Below are positions 9,392 through 19,869 of a DNA stretch of 64,000 nt, piece by piece. Below the pieces are notes generated by a model, which worked only from the letters and a program-made list of their open reading frames with translations, ran no database searches and was not told the origin of the DNA. The position numbers and the translations under genes were made by a program. Source of the DNA: Candidatus Hydrogenedentota bacterium (lineage in GTDB: Bacteria; Hydrogenedentota; Hydrogenedentia; Hydrogenedentales; SLHB01); assembly GCA_963668025.2 (NCBI GenBank), contig CAXXTH010000018.1, positions 64,001-128,000 on the forward strand. The letters are read 5' to 3'. How positions within the stretch are numbered: the stretch's first letter is position 1; each line of letters begins with the position of its first letter.

Positions 9392-10414
9392 ATGAAACGG
9401 AGATGCGGATTTACGTTGATAGAGCTTTTGGTGGTTATCGCAATCATCGCTATTTTGGCGGCAATTTTGTTGCCAGCGCTGGCGCGGGCGCGGGAAGCGG
9501 CAAGGCGTGCGTCTTGTGCGAACAATCTGAAGCAATGGGGCGTGATCTTCAAAATGTATGCGAACGAGTCCAAAGGCGCGAAATTTCCCCCCACGAATTC
9601 TTTCGCAGGCGCGCCTAGTGGTGTGAATGCGGAAGAGCTATATCCCGATTATTGGACAGACCTGGAAATCAAGTATTGCCCCTCCGCAAGTTCACAGCGA
9701 ATGAAAGACGAGCTTGAAGAAATGCGAACCGATGAGAACTGCAAGGTGGCATTCATCAACTGGGCAGGATTTCAGTCAAACTATTATTACATGTCATGGG
9801 CAATCCCGAGCATTGAAGAATGGGTGGTGGCGACATCCGCGCCGTTTGAGGTGCTCTATCAAGGTGGGTTTAAGCAGAACATGCAGGAAATCTCTGGCAT
9901 CTACGATGATTGCACGGTTTCGCGGATTAAATTGAATAATGGCATGGACGGTTGGGAGCAAGATTGGGATTGGGATCTCAGCATCAGCAATATCCAGGCG
10001 CATGGCGGGCCCACCGGGCCACTGACGCAGTATCATATTAACTACTTCAAGCGAATCGGCTCGCCCGTGGGCGATACGCGGTATCGGCTGCGTGAGGGCG
10101 TCGAGCGTTTTTTCATCACGGATATCAATAATCCAGCCGGGGGAAGCCTGGGGCAAAGCACGTTGCCGGTGATGTGGGACAATTGGAGCGGCTCCCATAA
10201 CGTGGACAATGGTACAGCCTATCCTCCTACGGCATTCAATCATCTTCCCGGCGGAGGCAATGTTTTGTATATGGATGGCCACGTCGAATTCATTCGCCTG
10301 GGAAGCAAGTACCCCTTCCCCAAACCGAACCAGGAACAGTGGATCAAGTCCATGTGGTACGTCATGCCCGAGTGGATGGGCTTCTGCCTGCATGCTGATC
10401 CATCCAATTACTGA
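9392..10414 (+). CDS. Prepilin-type N-terminal cleavage/methylation, DUF1559 / H-X9-DG domain protein
   Basis: [39 protein letters not shown]; C-terminal [15 protein letters not shown]; AAGGAGG RBS before ATG 9392. Confidence 0.92.
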   Translation: MKRRCGFTLIELLVVIAIIAILAAILLPALARAREAARRASCANNLKQWGVIFKMYANESKGAKFPPTNSFAGAPSGVNAEELYPDYWTDLEIKYCPSASSQRMKDELEEMRTDENCKVAFINWAGFQSNYYYMSWAIPSIEEWVVATSAPFEVLYQGGFKQNMQEISGIYDDCTVSRIKLNNGMDGWEQDWDWDLSISNIQAHGGPTGPLTQYHINYFKRIGSPVGDTRYRLREGVERFFITDINNPAGGSLGQSTLPVMWDNWSGSHNVDNGTAYPPTAFNHLPGGGNVLYMDGHVEFIRLGSKYPFPKPNQEQWIKSMWYVMPEWMGFCLHADPSNY

Positions 10415-10470
10415 TTGAACGACTGCACACGGACAGCTCCAATGGAACACGTTTTGAGAAAGATGATGCC

Positions 10471-11226
10471 ATGTTGAATGGTGTGGTTTTCGATATCAAC
10501 GAGTTTGCGGTCCACGACGGGCCAGGACTTCGCACAACCGTATTCATGAAGGGGTGTCCATTGCGATGCGCCTGGTGCCATAACCCCGAAAGCGTGTGCG
10601 CTTCACCGGAAACAATGAAAACGGAGATGGGCAGCCGCACTGTCGGCCAAATGTATACGGTGGCGGAGCTGGCGGAACGGCTAAACAAGCAGGCTGAGAT
10701 CCTGCGCGCCAATGGCGGCGGGATAACGTTCTCCGGAGGCGAACCGCTGATGCATGCCGGTTTTCTTTTAGGGGTGATGGAGAGTCTAGACCATCTCCAC
10801 GTTCTTCTAGATACCTCTGGGTATGCAGAGGAATCGGTTTTCCTCAGTGTGGCCAAGCGTTGTGACATGGTCTATTTTGACCTGAAACTGATGGAGCCGG
10901 CTGCCCATCGCCGCTGGACAGGCCAGCGTAACGAGCTCATTCAGAAAAACCTCGAGCGCCTGGATGAAACGGGTGTTCCCTTCTACATCCGGGTTCCACT
11001 AGTGCCTAGGATAACGGATACGCCGGAGAATCTAGCCGCAATCGCGGAGTGTGTTCGATCTTTACGTAATGTTGGCGGCGTCCATCTGCTTCCATATAAC
11101 ACGGCCGCAGGCGGCAAGTACCGGGCTTGTGGGAGAGAATTCACGCTTTTCGAACAGGAATCGTTGCCGATCAACTTCGACCTCAAATATTTTGAAGAAG
11201 TCGGAGTTCCGGTGCAGGTGATGTAA
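10471..11226 (+). CDS. Glycyl-radical enzyme activating protein (radical SAM)
   Basis: HDGPGLRTTVFMKGCPLRCAWCHNPES (CxxxCxxC), GGITFSGGEP; no ferredoxin insert. Confidence 0.93.
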   Translation: MLNGVVFDINEFAVHDGPGLRTTVFMKGCPLRCAWCHNPESVCASPETMKTEMGSRTVGQMYTVAELAERLNKQAEILRANGGGITFSGGEPLMHAGFLLGVMESLDHLHVLLDTSGYAEESVFLSVAKRCDMVYFDLKLMEPAAHRRWTGQRNELIQKNLERLDETGVPFYIRVPLVPRITDTPENLAAIAECVRSLRNVGGVHLLPYNTAAGGKYRACGREFTLFEQESLPINFDLKYFEEVGVPVQVM

Positions 11227-11247
11227 GAATTCCGGGGTGCATACATA

Positions 11248-13341
11248 ATGGAACAGAGACTGTCAGATTTTAGGGATTACATTCGCAAGGGCGGGCATAA
11301 AGCATACCGCCAACACCTCACAATAAATATAAATGATGAGTGCGCATGCGAGAACCTTTCTTGGGTGAGGCGTTCCTCCCGCTTGACCCGCCGGTATTGT
11401 GAGGCGGAAAGGCCTGTGTTTATACCTGGCGAGCGAATCGTGTTCACGCGAACCGTTCCGGGCGATGCGGGAGTGCCTGTGCCACAGGATATTGAGTCGG
11501 ACTGCAAAGCGTTGGGTATTGAGCCAGGCTGGCGGGCGCACAATTTATGCGCGGACTGGGGACAAAGCCTTGCTTCCGGCTTGCTTGGACGCCGCCATGT
11601 GGCAGAGCATGCTTGCGAACTCTACAAGCATGATCCTGTAGCAGTGGACTTTCTTGAAGCGGCAATCGAGGGGATCGATGCGGTCTTGATGCTGGCGGCA
11701 CGATATGCCGAAGCGGCGCTACACGAGGGTTTTGATGATATCGCTGCACGGCTGCAAAGGGTTCCCGCAGGGAAGCCGGATTCTTTTCATGATGCGCTGC
11801 AGAGTTTGCGACTCATGCATGCCGCCGTTTGGATGAGCGATAGCATGCATGTAGGGCTAGGCCGTTTTGATCAATACATGTGGCCGTATCTCAAGGACGA
11901 TTTGGACCGAGGCGCGCTCAACATGGAGGAAGCCGAGTCGCTGCTGGCGGAATTTTTCATCGGCCTCAATAAGGATTCCGATCTTTATCCTGGCCAGCAA
12001 CAGGGCGATAACGGACAGTCGTTGATTTTGGGCGGCGTCACGCCTGAGGGAGCTCCGGCAGTGAATGAGCTGACATGGATGGTTTTGCGAGCCGCGCAAG
12101 ACGTCCGGATGATCGACCCGAAGATCAACCTTCGGATTTCGGCGGACACGGATCTGGGATTGTTGAAGGAAGGCTCACGATTGACCCGGCTTAGCCTTGG
12201 TTTTCCCCAATACGCCAATGACGATGTGGTTATCCCGGCCCTGGCGTCTCATGGTTATGCGCTGGAGGATGCGAGAGATTACACCGTGGCCGCTTGCTGG
12301 GAGTTCATCGTTCCGGGACGCGGCATGGATGTCCCGAATGTCCACGCCTTGAATTTTCCCCATGCGGTAGACAAGGCCATTCGCGATAGCCTTGCATGCG
12401 GAGATTCTTTCCAGGAAATTCTTTCCAGGACGCGCGAGAATATTCGCGGCCAGGTTCAACTTTATGTAAACCATTGGCGCGCCAAGAAACACTGGCCGCC
12501 GTCGGCATACTACTCCGCCTTAATGACCGATTGCCTGGAGCGTGGGAAGGATATCAGCGCAGGCGGGGCAACCTACTACAATTTCGGCATTCACGGCGCC
12601 GGTTCCGCGAACGCGGCTGACGCGCTGGCGGCCGTGAAACGGTTCGTCTTTGACCAAGGCCGTTTCACAGGATGCGAACTCCTGGAAGCCCTCGAAACGA
12701 ATTTCGAGCATGCCGAGGAACTGCGCAGGACATTGCTCCATGAAGGGCCGAAGGTGGGCAACAACGACGCGGAAGCCAATGAACTCCTGCGCTTCCTATT
12801 CGACAGTTTCGCGGATGTCTGCGAGGCGGTACCGGATAATGGCCGCGGCGGGATCATCCGTCCTGGCACAGGTTCCGCCATGTACTATGTATGGTTGGTG
12901 GACGGAAGCGGAAACCGGCTCGAACCTACGGTGCTGGCTTCCGCCGATGGCCGTCGCATCGGCGAGCCTATCAGTTGCAGTTTAGCGCCGTCGATTGGCG
13001 TCAAAGTGAATGGTCCTATAAGCGTTCTACAGAGCTTCAGCGTCATTGATTATCAACGCATCTACAATGGCGGGCCGATCACGCTTGAACTCTCCGACAC
13101 CGTGTTCCGCAACGAAGACTCTCTCGAGAAAGTCGCTATGCTGGTGCGCACGTTCGCACGCCTGGGCTGCCAGCAGCTTCAATTGAACACCGTCAATGTC
13201 GAGACGCTCAAAGATGCAAAGCTGCATCCGGAGAATCACCAGAACCTGGTGGTTCGCGTATGGGGCTGGAGCGGCTATTTCTGCGAACTGGATGAACCGT
13301 ATCAAGACCACGTGATTGCGCGGCATGCGTACGCACTCTAG
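11248..13341 (+). CDS. Glycyl-radical enzyme, PFL-like family, unknown substrate
   Basis: GRFDQY, Cys loop AACWE, QLN and Gly loop LVVRVWGWSGYF; adjacent activase. Confidence 0.92.
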   Translation: MEQRLSDFRDYIRKGGHKAYRQHLTININDECACENLSWVRRSSRLTRRYCEAERPVFIPGERIVFTRTVPGDAGVPVPQDIESDCKALGIEPGWRAHNLCADWGQSLASGLLGRRHVAEHACELYKHDPVAVDFLEAAIEGIDAVLMLAARYAEAALHEGFDDIAARLQRVPAGKPDSFHDALQSLRLMHAAVWMSDSMHVGLGRFDQYMWPYLKDDLDRGALNMEEAESLLAEFFIGLNKDSDLYPGQQQGDNGQSLILGGVTPEGAPAVNELTWMVLRAAQDVRMIDPKINLRISADTDLGLLKEGSRLTRLSLGFPQYANDDVVIPALASHGYALEDARDYTVAACWEFIVPGRGMDVPNVHALNFPHAVDKAIRDSLACGDSFQEILSRTRENIRGQVQLYVNHWRAKKHWPPSAYYSALMTDCLERGKDISAGGATYYNFGIHGAGSANAADALAAVKRFVFDQGRFTGCELLEALETNFEHAEELRRTLLHEGPKVGNNDAEANELLRFLFDSFADVCEAVPDNGRGGIIRPGTGSAMYYVWLVDGSGNRLEPTVLASADGRRIGEPISCSLAPSIGVKVNGPISVLQSFSVIDYQRIYNGGPITLELSDTVFRNEDSLEKVAMLVRTFARLGCQQLQLNTVNVETLKDAKLHPENHQNLVVRVWGWSGYFCELDEPYQDHVIARHAYAL

Positions 13342-13353
13342 GAAGGCCTGCTG

Positions 13354-14943
13354 ATGAAGACAGTGGTATTCACGTTAGGAGCGTTATTGGCCACGATGAT
13401 GACTGGATCAAACACGGATTCAGCGGATGAGGCCAGCGTCAAGAGCCCTGAGGCGGCGATTGTGGTTCGCTCCAATGTGGTTAATGCCGTGCGCAGCGAT
13501 ATCTTTGGCGGAAATATTACCTGGATCGATTACGGCTACAACATATGGGATGCGAAAACCAACCGGCCTGATCCAGCGATTCTGCAAAAATTGAAGGACA
13601 CGGGCATCACGAATCTGCGTTATCCCGGTGGGTGCGAGGGAGATTACTTCCACTGGGCGCAAGCAATTGGCGATTCCCGAACGCCACAGCCCCACCCGTT
13701 CTCGCACGAATGGCCTACCCGCGATACCGAACGCGGCGTACCATATTATCCATATTTCGGGCCTGATGAGTTTAGTGAGTTGTGTAAAGCGGCCGATATT
13801 ACCGCGACCATCCAGTTAAACGCTGGAACAGGCGCGCCCCAGGAAGCGGCTGATTATGTTCGCTACTGCATCGATCATGGGTTTCAGGCCGCTTTCTTTG
13901 ACGTGGGAAATGAACCCCATCTCGCGGGCAATGGATGGGAGCTGGTTCCTAATATACCGATAGTCAAGACTCCGGAAGAATACGTGGCTTTCTTCAACGG
14001 CTGCTGGAGCGCCGTTCAGTCTTTCGCTCCTCAGGCGAAGCTGGGCGCGGTAGGGCTTCCCACCAGCCACCCATTGTTGCGACATTCCACGTGGCAGCAA
14101 GTGGTGATCTCACAATTGGCGGACAAAATGGCGTACTTGGACGTGCATTGCGGATATGCGCCTTATTTCAAAGGCGAAGCCAATGATCGGGACGCTGCCT
14201 TAGCATTTCTGGCAGCCTCTAAACAAATCCGAGCTTATATAGAGGAAGTGAAACAAGAGCTTGCCCGATATGCGCCAAGCGCAGGGCCAAAGGTCAATAT
14301 CCACATTACTGAATATGGTCCTCTTGGATGGCCGATAGACCGGACAATTGTGGGCGGATTATGTTTGGCGGGAATACTACAAGAACTGCTGTGCGAACCC
14401 AGAATCACGGCGGCAAACCACTTGCCCACTTTGAACACGCCGAAATCCCCCACATTGATTGGTGTTTGCGATGAAAATTTTGCGCCAATACCTGGACGCC
14501 GTATCTGGGACAACGTAGCAACCTATGTTTTCCGGCTGTACGCGGAGATGATTGGAAGAGATGTGTTGGATGTCCATGTAGAGTCCGCCACTTTTGACAG
14601 TCCTGCCGTCGGGCTTACACCCGCACAAACGGGAGCGCCGCTGGTTGCCGCCGCCGCCTATCACGACGCGCCCAAGGGGTATCTTTCGGTCTTTCTGATT
14701 AATCGAAACCTGGACGCTCCGCTCAGTATCTCGGTGGATACGGGTTTCGTACGCGCCAAGGCGGTGCGTGAGACGATTATCAAAGCAGATGATTATTTGG
14801 CGTTCAACGACTGGGGCCATCCCCGCATGGTGATCCCTGAGACGAATGGCGCAGCCGATATCGAGGTCAAATCCGGCGTTTTCCATATGACGCTCGCGAA
14901 ACACAGTCTGACACGGATTGACTTTACCTCGGCGCATGGCTGA
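13354..14943 (+). CDS. Secreted clan GH-A glycoside hydrolase, GH51 (alpha-L-arabinofuranosidase)-like
   Basis: Signal peptide, LRYPGGC..DYFHW, VGNEP (acid/base), ITEYG (nucleophile), C-terminal beta-sandwich FLINR...KHSLT. Confidence 0.75.
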   Translation: MKTVVFTLGALLATMMTGSNTDSADEASVKSPEAAIVVRSNVVNAVRSDIFGGNITWIDYGYNIWDAKTNRPDPAILQKLKDTGITNLRYPGGCEGDYFHWAQAIGDSRTPQPHPFSHEWPTRDTERGVPYYPYFGPDEFSELCKAADITATIQLNAGTGAPQEAADYVRYCIDHGFQAAFFDVGNEPHLAGNGWELVPNIPIVKTPEEYVAFFNGCWSAVQSFAPQAKLGAVGLPTSHPLLRHSTWQQVVISQLADKMAYLDVHCGYAPYFKGEANDRDAALAFLAASKQIRAYIEEVKQELARYAPSAGPKVNIHITEYGPLGWPIDRTIVGGLCLAGILQELLCEPRITAANHLPTLNTPKSPTLIGVCDENFAPIPGRRIWDNVATYVFRLYAEMIGRDVLDVHVESATFDSPAVGLTPAQTGAPLVAAAAYHDAPKGYLSVFLINRNLDAPLSISVDTGFVRAKAVRETIIKADDYLAFNDWGHPRMVIPETNGAADIEVKSGVFHMTLAKHSLTRIDFTSAHG

Positions 14944-15167
14944 GCGTCCATGCATATACCCGCGGCTAGCCGAGCGCCGTGGGGATCTGGACTTGTCTAG
15001 GCGGCGATGCCGCAGGCCTTTTCAAGGTATAGAAGCGACGGTCTCTTGAAGCGAGAGAGACCACGGGGTAACAAGCGGCTAGACGCATATAGGCCGTTTT
15101 TCGCCAATGGCAATGGCGGGATGGCGTTATGTGGGGCCGCACAGGTTGGGAAAAAGGAGGTAATGTG

Positions 15168-16658
15168 ATGAAGAGAAGCATGGTTATCACCACACTGGCG
15201 CTGTTTATGTTCGCTGTTGGCGGCGCGAATGCGGCCGTCCTTACCGTATCCATCACGGCTGACGGTGGAGGTGGCTATTACGGTGACGGGGCTGTCCAGG
15301 CGGCGATGGAGGCGGCCGCCAATGGCGATACGGTTCGTTTGATCGAGTCGGGCATATATCAAAACGCGAAGATCGCCGTGGGAGGCGGAAACGCCCATGA
15401 CTATCAACTCACGGTCGAAGCCGCGGATGGAATCAATGCGACCATCCGAAACACGGCCGATGTCGCCCTTTTGCTGATTGGGGACTGCCCCGGCATCACC
15501 CTTCGCAACCTTACGTTCGAGACGGATCACGACTGCCTTGCCTACATGAACGGAAACGCAGGTTCCATTAATGGGATCACGATAGAAGGATGCACGTTTA
15601 CGCAGGCAAACGTGGGCAGCATGACATTACTCTACACGGTGGCCACAGGCCCATTGAACTTGATCGATAGTATGTTTGTGGGCGATTACACGAATACATC
15701 CAATCTCATTTTCCTGCTGGCCAATACAAACGGTACGACCGTCGAAGGCTCAACATTCATTGGCGCGCAGTTCTATACCGACGACGAAAACTCCGGCAAT
15801 GGGATTTTCATGGCTGGGACGACGCTCACGGTTAAAGATTCCACTTTTATGGATTGCCGGCACGGGATTACTTCACTGGGTTTTGGGACGCTTGGCGTCG
15901 AGGGTAGTTTGTTTGCCGACAACACCGTATCCGACATCTTCGTGAAGGAAGCGCCTTACGTGAATCTCACGGCCAGCGTCCTTAGCGGCAGTCCGGTTGG
16001 CTTCTTTGTGGCCGACGCCGCAGCGGCGGGCGAGGCTACGATTGATCACTGTGATATCCGCGGGGCAGGTTCCGGCGACGGGATACGCATCCTTGACGGG
16101 GCGAGTGTTACGCTGAGCGCCACTAACACCATTTTCTCGAATTGGGCGAATGCAGTATCGGGCGCGGATGGATTCGGCGATTACAATTTGTATGACGACA
16201 ACACAGCCAATCCTTCTACTATGGGCGCCCATAGCCGCGTTGACGATCCGTTATACATCCAGCCGGATAACGCTAATCCATTGCTGCGTGATTTCCATGT
16301 CGCAACCGGCTCGCCCGCCCTTGATAATGGGAGCGATGGATCAGACATCGGGTCGAAAGGGGAAGGTTCCGCAACGGACGTCGATAGCGATAGCGATGGT
16401 TTGCTGGATAGCGTGGAAACCAACACCGGCGTCTATGTGAACGAATCCGACACGGGCACGGATCCCAATAATCCCGATACGGATGACGACAGCTACAACG
16501 ATGGCGCGGAAGTCACCGCAGGTACGGACCCGAACGATCCGCTGTCATATCCCGGCGCTACGGGCAGCTTGCCGGCGCTCTCGGGCTTAGGCTTGATGCT
16601 GCTGGGCTCCATATGCCTCGCTGGTAGTTTACTCGCGTTACGCCATTGCCGGGCCTGA
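15168..16658 (+). CDS. Surface protein: right-handed beta-helix, Asp-rich Ca-binding (TSP3-like) repeats and C-terminal sorting tail
   Basis: Signal peptide; Asn/Thr-rich beta-helix repeats; DFHVATGSPALDNG; DSDSDGLLD / GTDPNNPDTDDD; tail LPALSGLGLMLLGSICLAGSLLALRHCRA; AAGGAGG RBS. Confidence 0.8.
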   Translation: MKRSMVITTLALFMFAVGGANAAVLTVSITADGGGGYYGDGAVQAAMEAAANGDTVRLIESGIYQNAKIAVGGGNAHDYQLTVEAADGINATIRNTADVALLLIGDCPGITLRNLTFETDHDCLAYMNGNAGSINGITIEGCTFTQANVGSMTLLYTVATGPLNLIDSMFVGDYTNTSNLIFLLANTNGTTVEGSTFIGAQFYTDDENSGNGIFMAGTTLTVKDSTFMDCRHGITSLGFGTLGVEGSLFADNTVSDIFVKEAPYVNLTASVLSGSPVGFFVADAAAAGEATIDHCDIRGAGSGDGIRILDGASVTLSATNTIFSNWANAVSGADGFGDYNLYDDNTANPSTMGAHSRVDDPLYIQPDNANPLLRDFHVATGSPALDNGSDGSDIGSKGEGSATDVDSDSDGLLDSVETNTGVYVNESDTGTDPNNPDTDDDSYNDGAEVTAGTDPNDPLSYPGATGSLPALSGLGLMLLGSICLAGSLLALRHCRA

Positions 16659-16807
16659 TTAGTAGCATTGACGATCCACATTCATGTAGCGATATGAAAA
16701 CAGAACATGCGAATGGCGTTGGCGCCGTCCTTACCGGACAACGCCATTCGCATGACAAATTCCGAAATTTTCAACAACAATTCCAAATGAATATAGAAAG
16801 GCCCACG

Positions 16808-18598
16808 ATGTCAATCCCCCGTCCTGAATACCCGCGTCCCCAATTCGTTCGAAAGCAATGGATGAACCTAAACGGCGAATGGCAGTTTGAGATAGACCAC
16901 GGCGATACTGGCCTCGAACGTGGTTTAATGGAACGCGAACTTGCAAAATGTATCACCGTGCCATTTTGTCCAGAATCCGCACTGTCCGGTATCGGCGAAA
17001 CGGATTTCATGCGAGCAGTTTGGTATCGGCGGCAGGTGGCAATTCCTCCTGAATGGAAAGGGAACCGCGTGCTCCTGCATTTTCAAGCGGTTGACTACGA
17101 CGCGACGGTATGGGTGAACGGGATCGAGGTGCGCCGACATCGTGGAGGCTTTACCCCTTTTCAATGTGATTTGTCCGGGATAGCCACCCCTGGTGAAACG
17201 GCGGTGATTGTTGTGCGCGCTCGCGATTATCCGAACGAACCCAAACCTATCGGCAAACAGTCACAGCAGTTCGGAAATTACCATTGTTTCTATACGCGCA
17301 CCACTGGGATTTGGCAAACGGTGTGGATGGAGCCCGTGTCATCCACCTATCTGCTCAGGCCCCACATCACGCCGGACGTGGCCAATGGCCGTTTTCATTT
17401 AGAACAACGTTTGGCGCATGCCCAGGCGGGATTGCGGGTGCGGGCGACTCTATACGATGATACCGGGGAGGTTGCGGCCGATAGCGCCGTGACTGGCACG
17501 GATTTTTGTGCCAGGTTAGTCCTACCGGTAGCGGACGAGAAGCGGCATTTGTGGTCTCCGGAAGATCCATTTCTGTACCAAATAAGAATCGAGCTCTTGG
17601 ATAGCGACGGGGCGGTGATCGACAGCGCAGACTCTTATGGAGGACTGCGTGGCGTGGGCATAGATGGCAAAGCCGTGTGTATCAACGGGAAACCCGTGTT
17701 TCAACGGCTGGTGCTGGACCAAGGCTATTATCCTGATGGCGTGTTGACGGCTCCTAGCGATGACGCGCTCATAAAAGACATCGAGCTGAGCCTTGCGGCC
17801 GGTTTTAATGGCGCGCGGCTGCACGAGAAAGTATTCGAAGAACGTTTTCTGTACCATGCGGATCGGATGGGATATCTCGTGTGGGGAGAGTTCCCGGACT
17901 GGGGATGCCGGGATCAGGGCCGGATTCAGGACAATCAGCGGCCCACCCCAACCTATATCACCCAGTGGCTCGAGGCCATTGAGCGCGATTATTCGCATCC
18001 CTGCATTATCGGCTGGTGCCCATTGAATGAAACCCTACAGCCGCTTCAGGATGGGATCACTGTTCTTGATGATATGACTCGTGGCATGTTTCTCGCGGTG
18101 AAAGCCCACGACGGGACGCGGCCGGTATTGGATGCGTCCGGCTATTCGCACCGCGTTCCCGAGACGGATGTGTATGATTGCCATGACTACGAGCAAAATC
18201 CTGTCGAGTTTGGCAAGCATCATGCCTCGATCGAGAACAACGCGCCTTTTTACAATGAATACTATGGGACTATATCCTTGCCCTATGGCGGACAGCCGTT
18301 CTTTGTGAGTGAATTTGGAGGAATCTGGTGGAATCCGGCAAGAGCCGCTGACGAGGATTCATGGGGCTACGGCGAGCCGCCTTCCACCATCGAGGAATAC
18401 TATGAGCGGTTCAATGCGCTCTGCATGGCCCTGTTGAATAATCCGGCTATGTTTGGGTATTGCTATACCCAATTGACTGACGTGCACCAGGAAGAGAATG
18501 GCGTATACACGTTTGATCGAAAACCTAAATTCGATATGAGCCGCATCGCTTCGAGCCAACAACGCAAGGCGGCGATTGAGAAGGATATGAAGGCATGA
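16808..18598 (+). CDS. Glycoside hydrolase family 2 (beta-galactosidase/glucuronidase-like)
   Basis: PRPEYPRPQ..WMNLNGEW, LHFQAVDY, GIWQTVW, GFNGARLH, WCPLNE, SEFGG. Confidence 0.9.
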   Translation: MSIPRPEYPRPQFVRKQWMNLNGEWQFEIDHGDTGLERGLMERELAKCITVPFCPESALSGIGETDFMRAVWYRRQVAIPPEWKGNRVLLHFQAVDYDATVWVNGIEVRRHRGGFTPFQCDLSGIATPGETAVIVVRARDYPNEPKPIGKQSQQFGNYHCFYTRTTGIWQTVWMEPVSSTYLLRPHITPDVANGRFHLEQRLAHAQAGLRVRATLYDDTGEVAADSAVTGTDFCARLVLPVADEKRHLWSPEDPFLYQIRIELLDSDGAVIDSADSYGGLRGVGIDGKAVCINGKPVFQRLVLDQGYYPDGVLTAPSDDALIKDIELSLAAGFNGARLHEKVFEERFLYHADRMGYLVWGEFPDWGCRDQGRIQDNQRPTPTYITQWLEAIERDYSHPCIIGWCPLNETLQPLQDGITVLDDMTRGMFLAVKAHDGTRPVLDASGYSHRVPETDVYDCHDYEQNPVEFGKHHASIENNAPFYNEYYGTISLPYGGQPFFVSEFGGIWWNPARAADEDSWGYGEPPSTIEEYYERFNALCMALLNNPAMFGYCYTQLTDVHQEENGVYTFDRKPKFDMSRIASSQQRKAAIEKDMKA

Positions 18599-19869
18599 TA
18601 GGCGAACGCCGCTATCGATGCCCGGCAACGCCTTTGGCGCTGTTGCTAACCGCATCCATGGGCCTCGTGCTGTGTTCCTGCGGGCCCACCAGCCGCCCGC
18701 TGGGCGAGCTCGATTTCTGGACCGGGTTTACGGGGCCGGATGGCGATATTTGCCAGGGGATTGTGGAGGATTTCGAACACAAGAGCGGCTTGAAAGTCGA
18801 GTGCCAGCGGATACCATGGGGTTCTTATTTTGACAAGCTCATGGCGGCCATCGCGGCCGGAAATCCTCCCGATGTCTTTGTACTTCATGTCAGCGAGCTT
18901 GTGTGCTATGTCAGCACGGGAGCGATCCTCCCGCTGGATGAGTATGTGGACCGCGACGATAGCTTTGTGCCGAAAGATGACCGCATCTCGAGCATATGGA
19001 AAAACTGTTATTACGACGGCAAGCTCTATGGCGTGCCGATGGACACCCACAGCCTGGCCATTTATTACAATAAGGACCTCTTTAAGAAAGCTGGGATTCC
19101 GGAGCTGAGCAGGACGGAGCCCATCACGGGAAACGAGCTAATTGCACTGGCTCAGGCCTTGACGAGGGATGATGACGGCGACGGCCGGCCTGATGTCTGG
19201 GGATTCTGTTTCGGCGGGTGGCCGCGCAGGTACTTCAATAGCTTGTTGTGGCAATTCGGCGGTGATCTCCTCTCGCCGGATCGGAAGGAGGCCCGGTTCG
19301 ATGCGCCCGAAACCGAACGAACGCTCGAGTGGATGACGGACTTGATCACGAAATACCATGTTTGCCCGCCGCCCGAAGGCCTCGATATCTGGCAAGCCTT
19401 CTGCGAAGGACGCATCGCGATGATGGTTGACGGTTCCTGGATGCTCAACGGGCTGGACATGTATGCTCCATTCCAGTATGGAGCGGCCCCGTTCTTCATC
19501 GCGGGGGATGAGCCCGCTGTATGGGCGGACTGCCATATCCTGTGCATCCCGCGTAACCTGCCGGAGGAACGGCGTCCCGCCGCGCTGCAGTTGCTCAAGG
19601 AATATAATGACCGGGGAGCCACGTGGTCGTACGCGGGCATGATTCCCACACGCCATTCCCAACTCTCCGGCGCTGATCCCAGGCTTGAGCCGTTTATTTC
19701 GGAACTGCCGCATGTGGCATACGAACCCTCGACGCCAGTGGGCATCGAGTTGCGGGACCGATATGAGGCGGCGGTCTATTCGATCCTATTTGGACACCGA
19801 AGCATTGAGGAAGGACTCAAACAAGGGCAGGCTCGAATGACGAAAGTGTTGAGATGGTATGGCGACTGA
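18595..19869 (+). CDS. Sugar ABC transporter substrate-binding lipoprotein
   Basis: Lipobox-like LCSCG; AAGNPPDV, DGKLYGVP, YYNKDLFKKAG. Confidence 0.9.
   Translation: MIGERRYRCPATPLALLLTASMGLVLCSCGPTSRPLGELDFWTGFTGPDGDICQGIVEDFEHKSGLKVECQRIPWGSYFDKLMAAIAAGNPPDVFVLHVSELVCYVSTGAILPLDEYVDRDDSFVPKDDRISSIWKNCYYDGKLYGVPMDTHSLAIYYNKDLFKKAGIPELSRTEPITGNELIALAQALTRDDDGDGRPDVWGFCFGGWPRRYFNSLLWQFGGDLLSPDRKEARFDAPETERTLEWMTDLITKYHVCPPPEGLDIWQAFCEGRIAMMVDGSWMLNGLDMYAPFQYGAAPFFIAGDEPAVWADCHILCIPRNLPEERRPAALQLLKEYNDRGATWSYAGMIPTRHSQLSGADPRLEPFISELPHVAYEPSTPVGIELRDRYEAAVYSILFGHRSIEEGLKQGQARMTKVLRWYGD

Noticed and set aside
11248-13341. Calling the GRE pflB (pyruvate formate-lyase)
   Set aside because: Lacks the CC active-site pair and RVSGY loop of true PFL.
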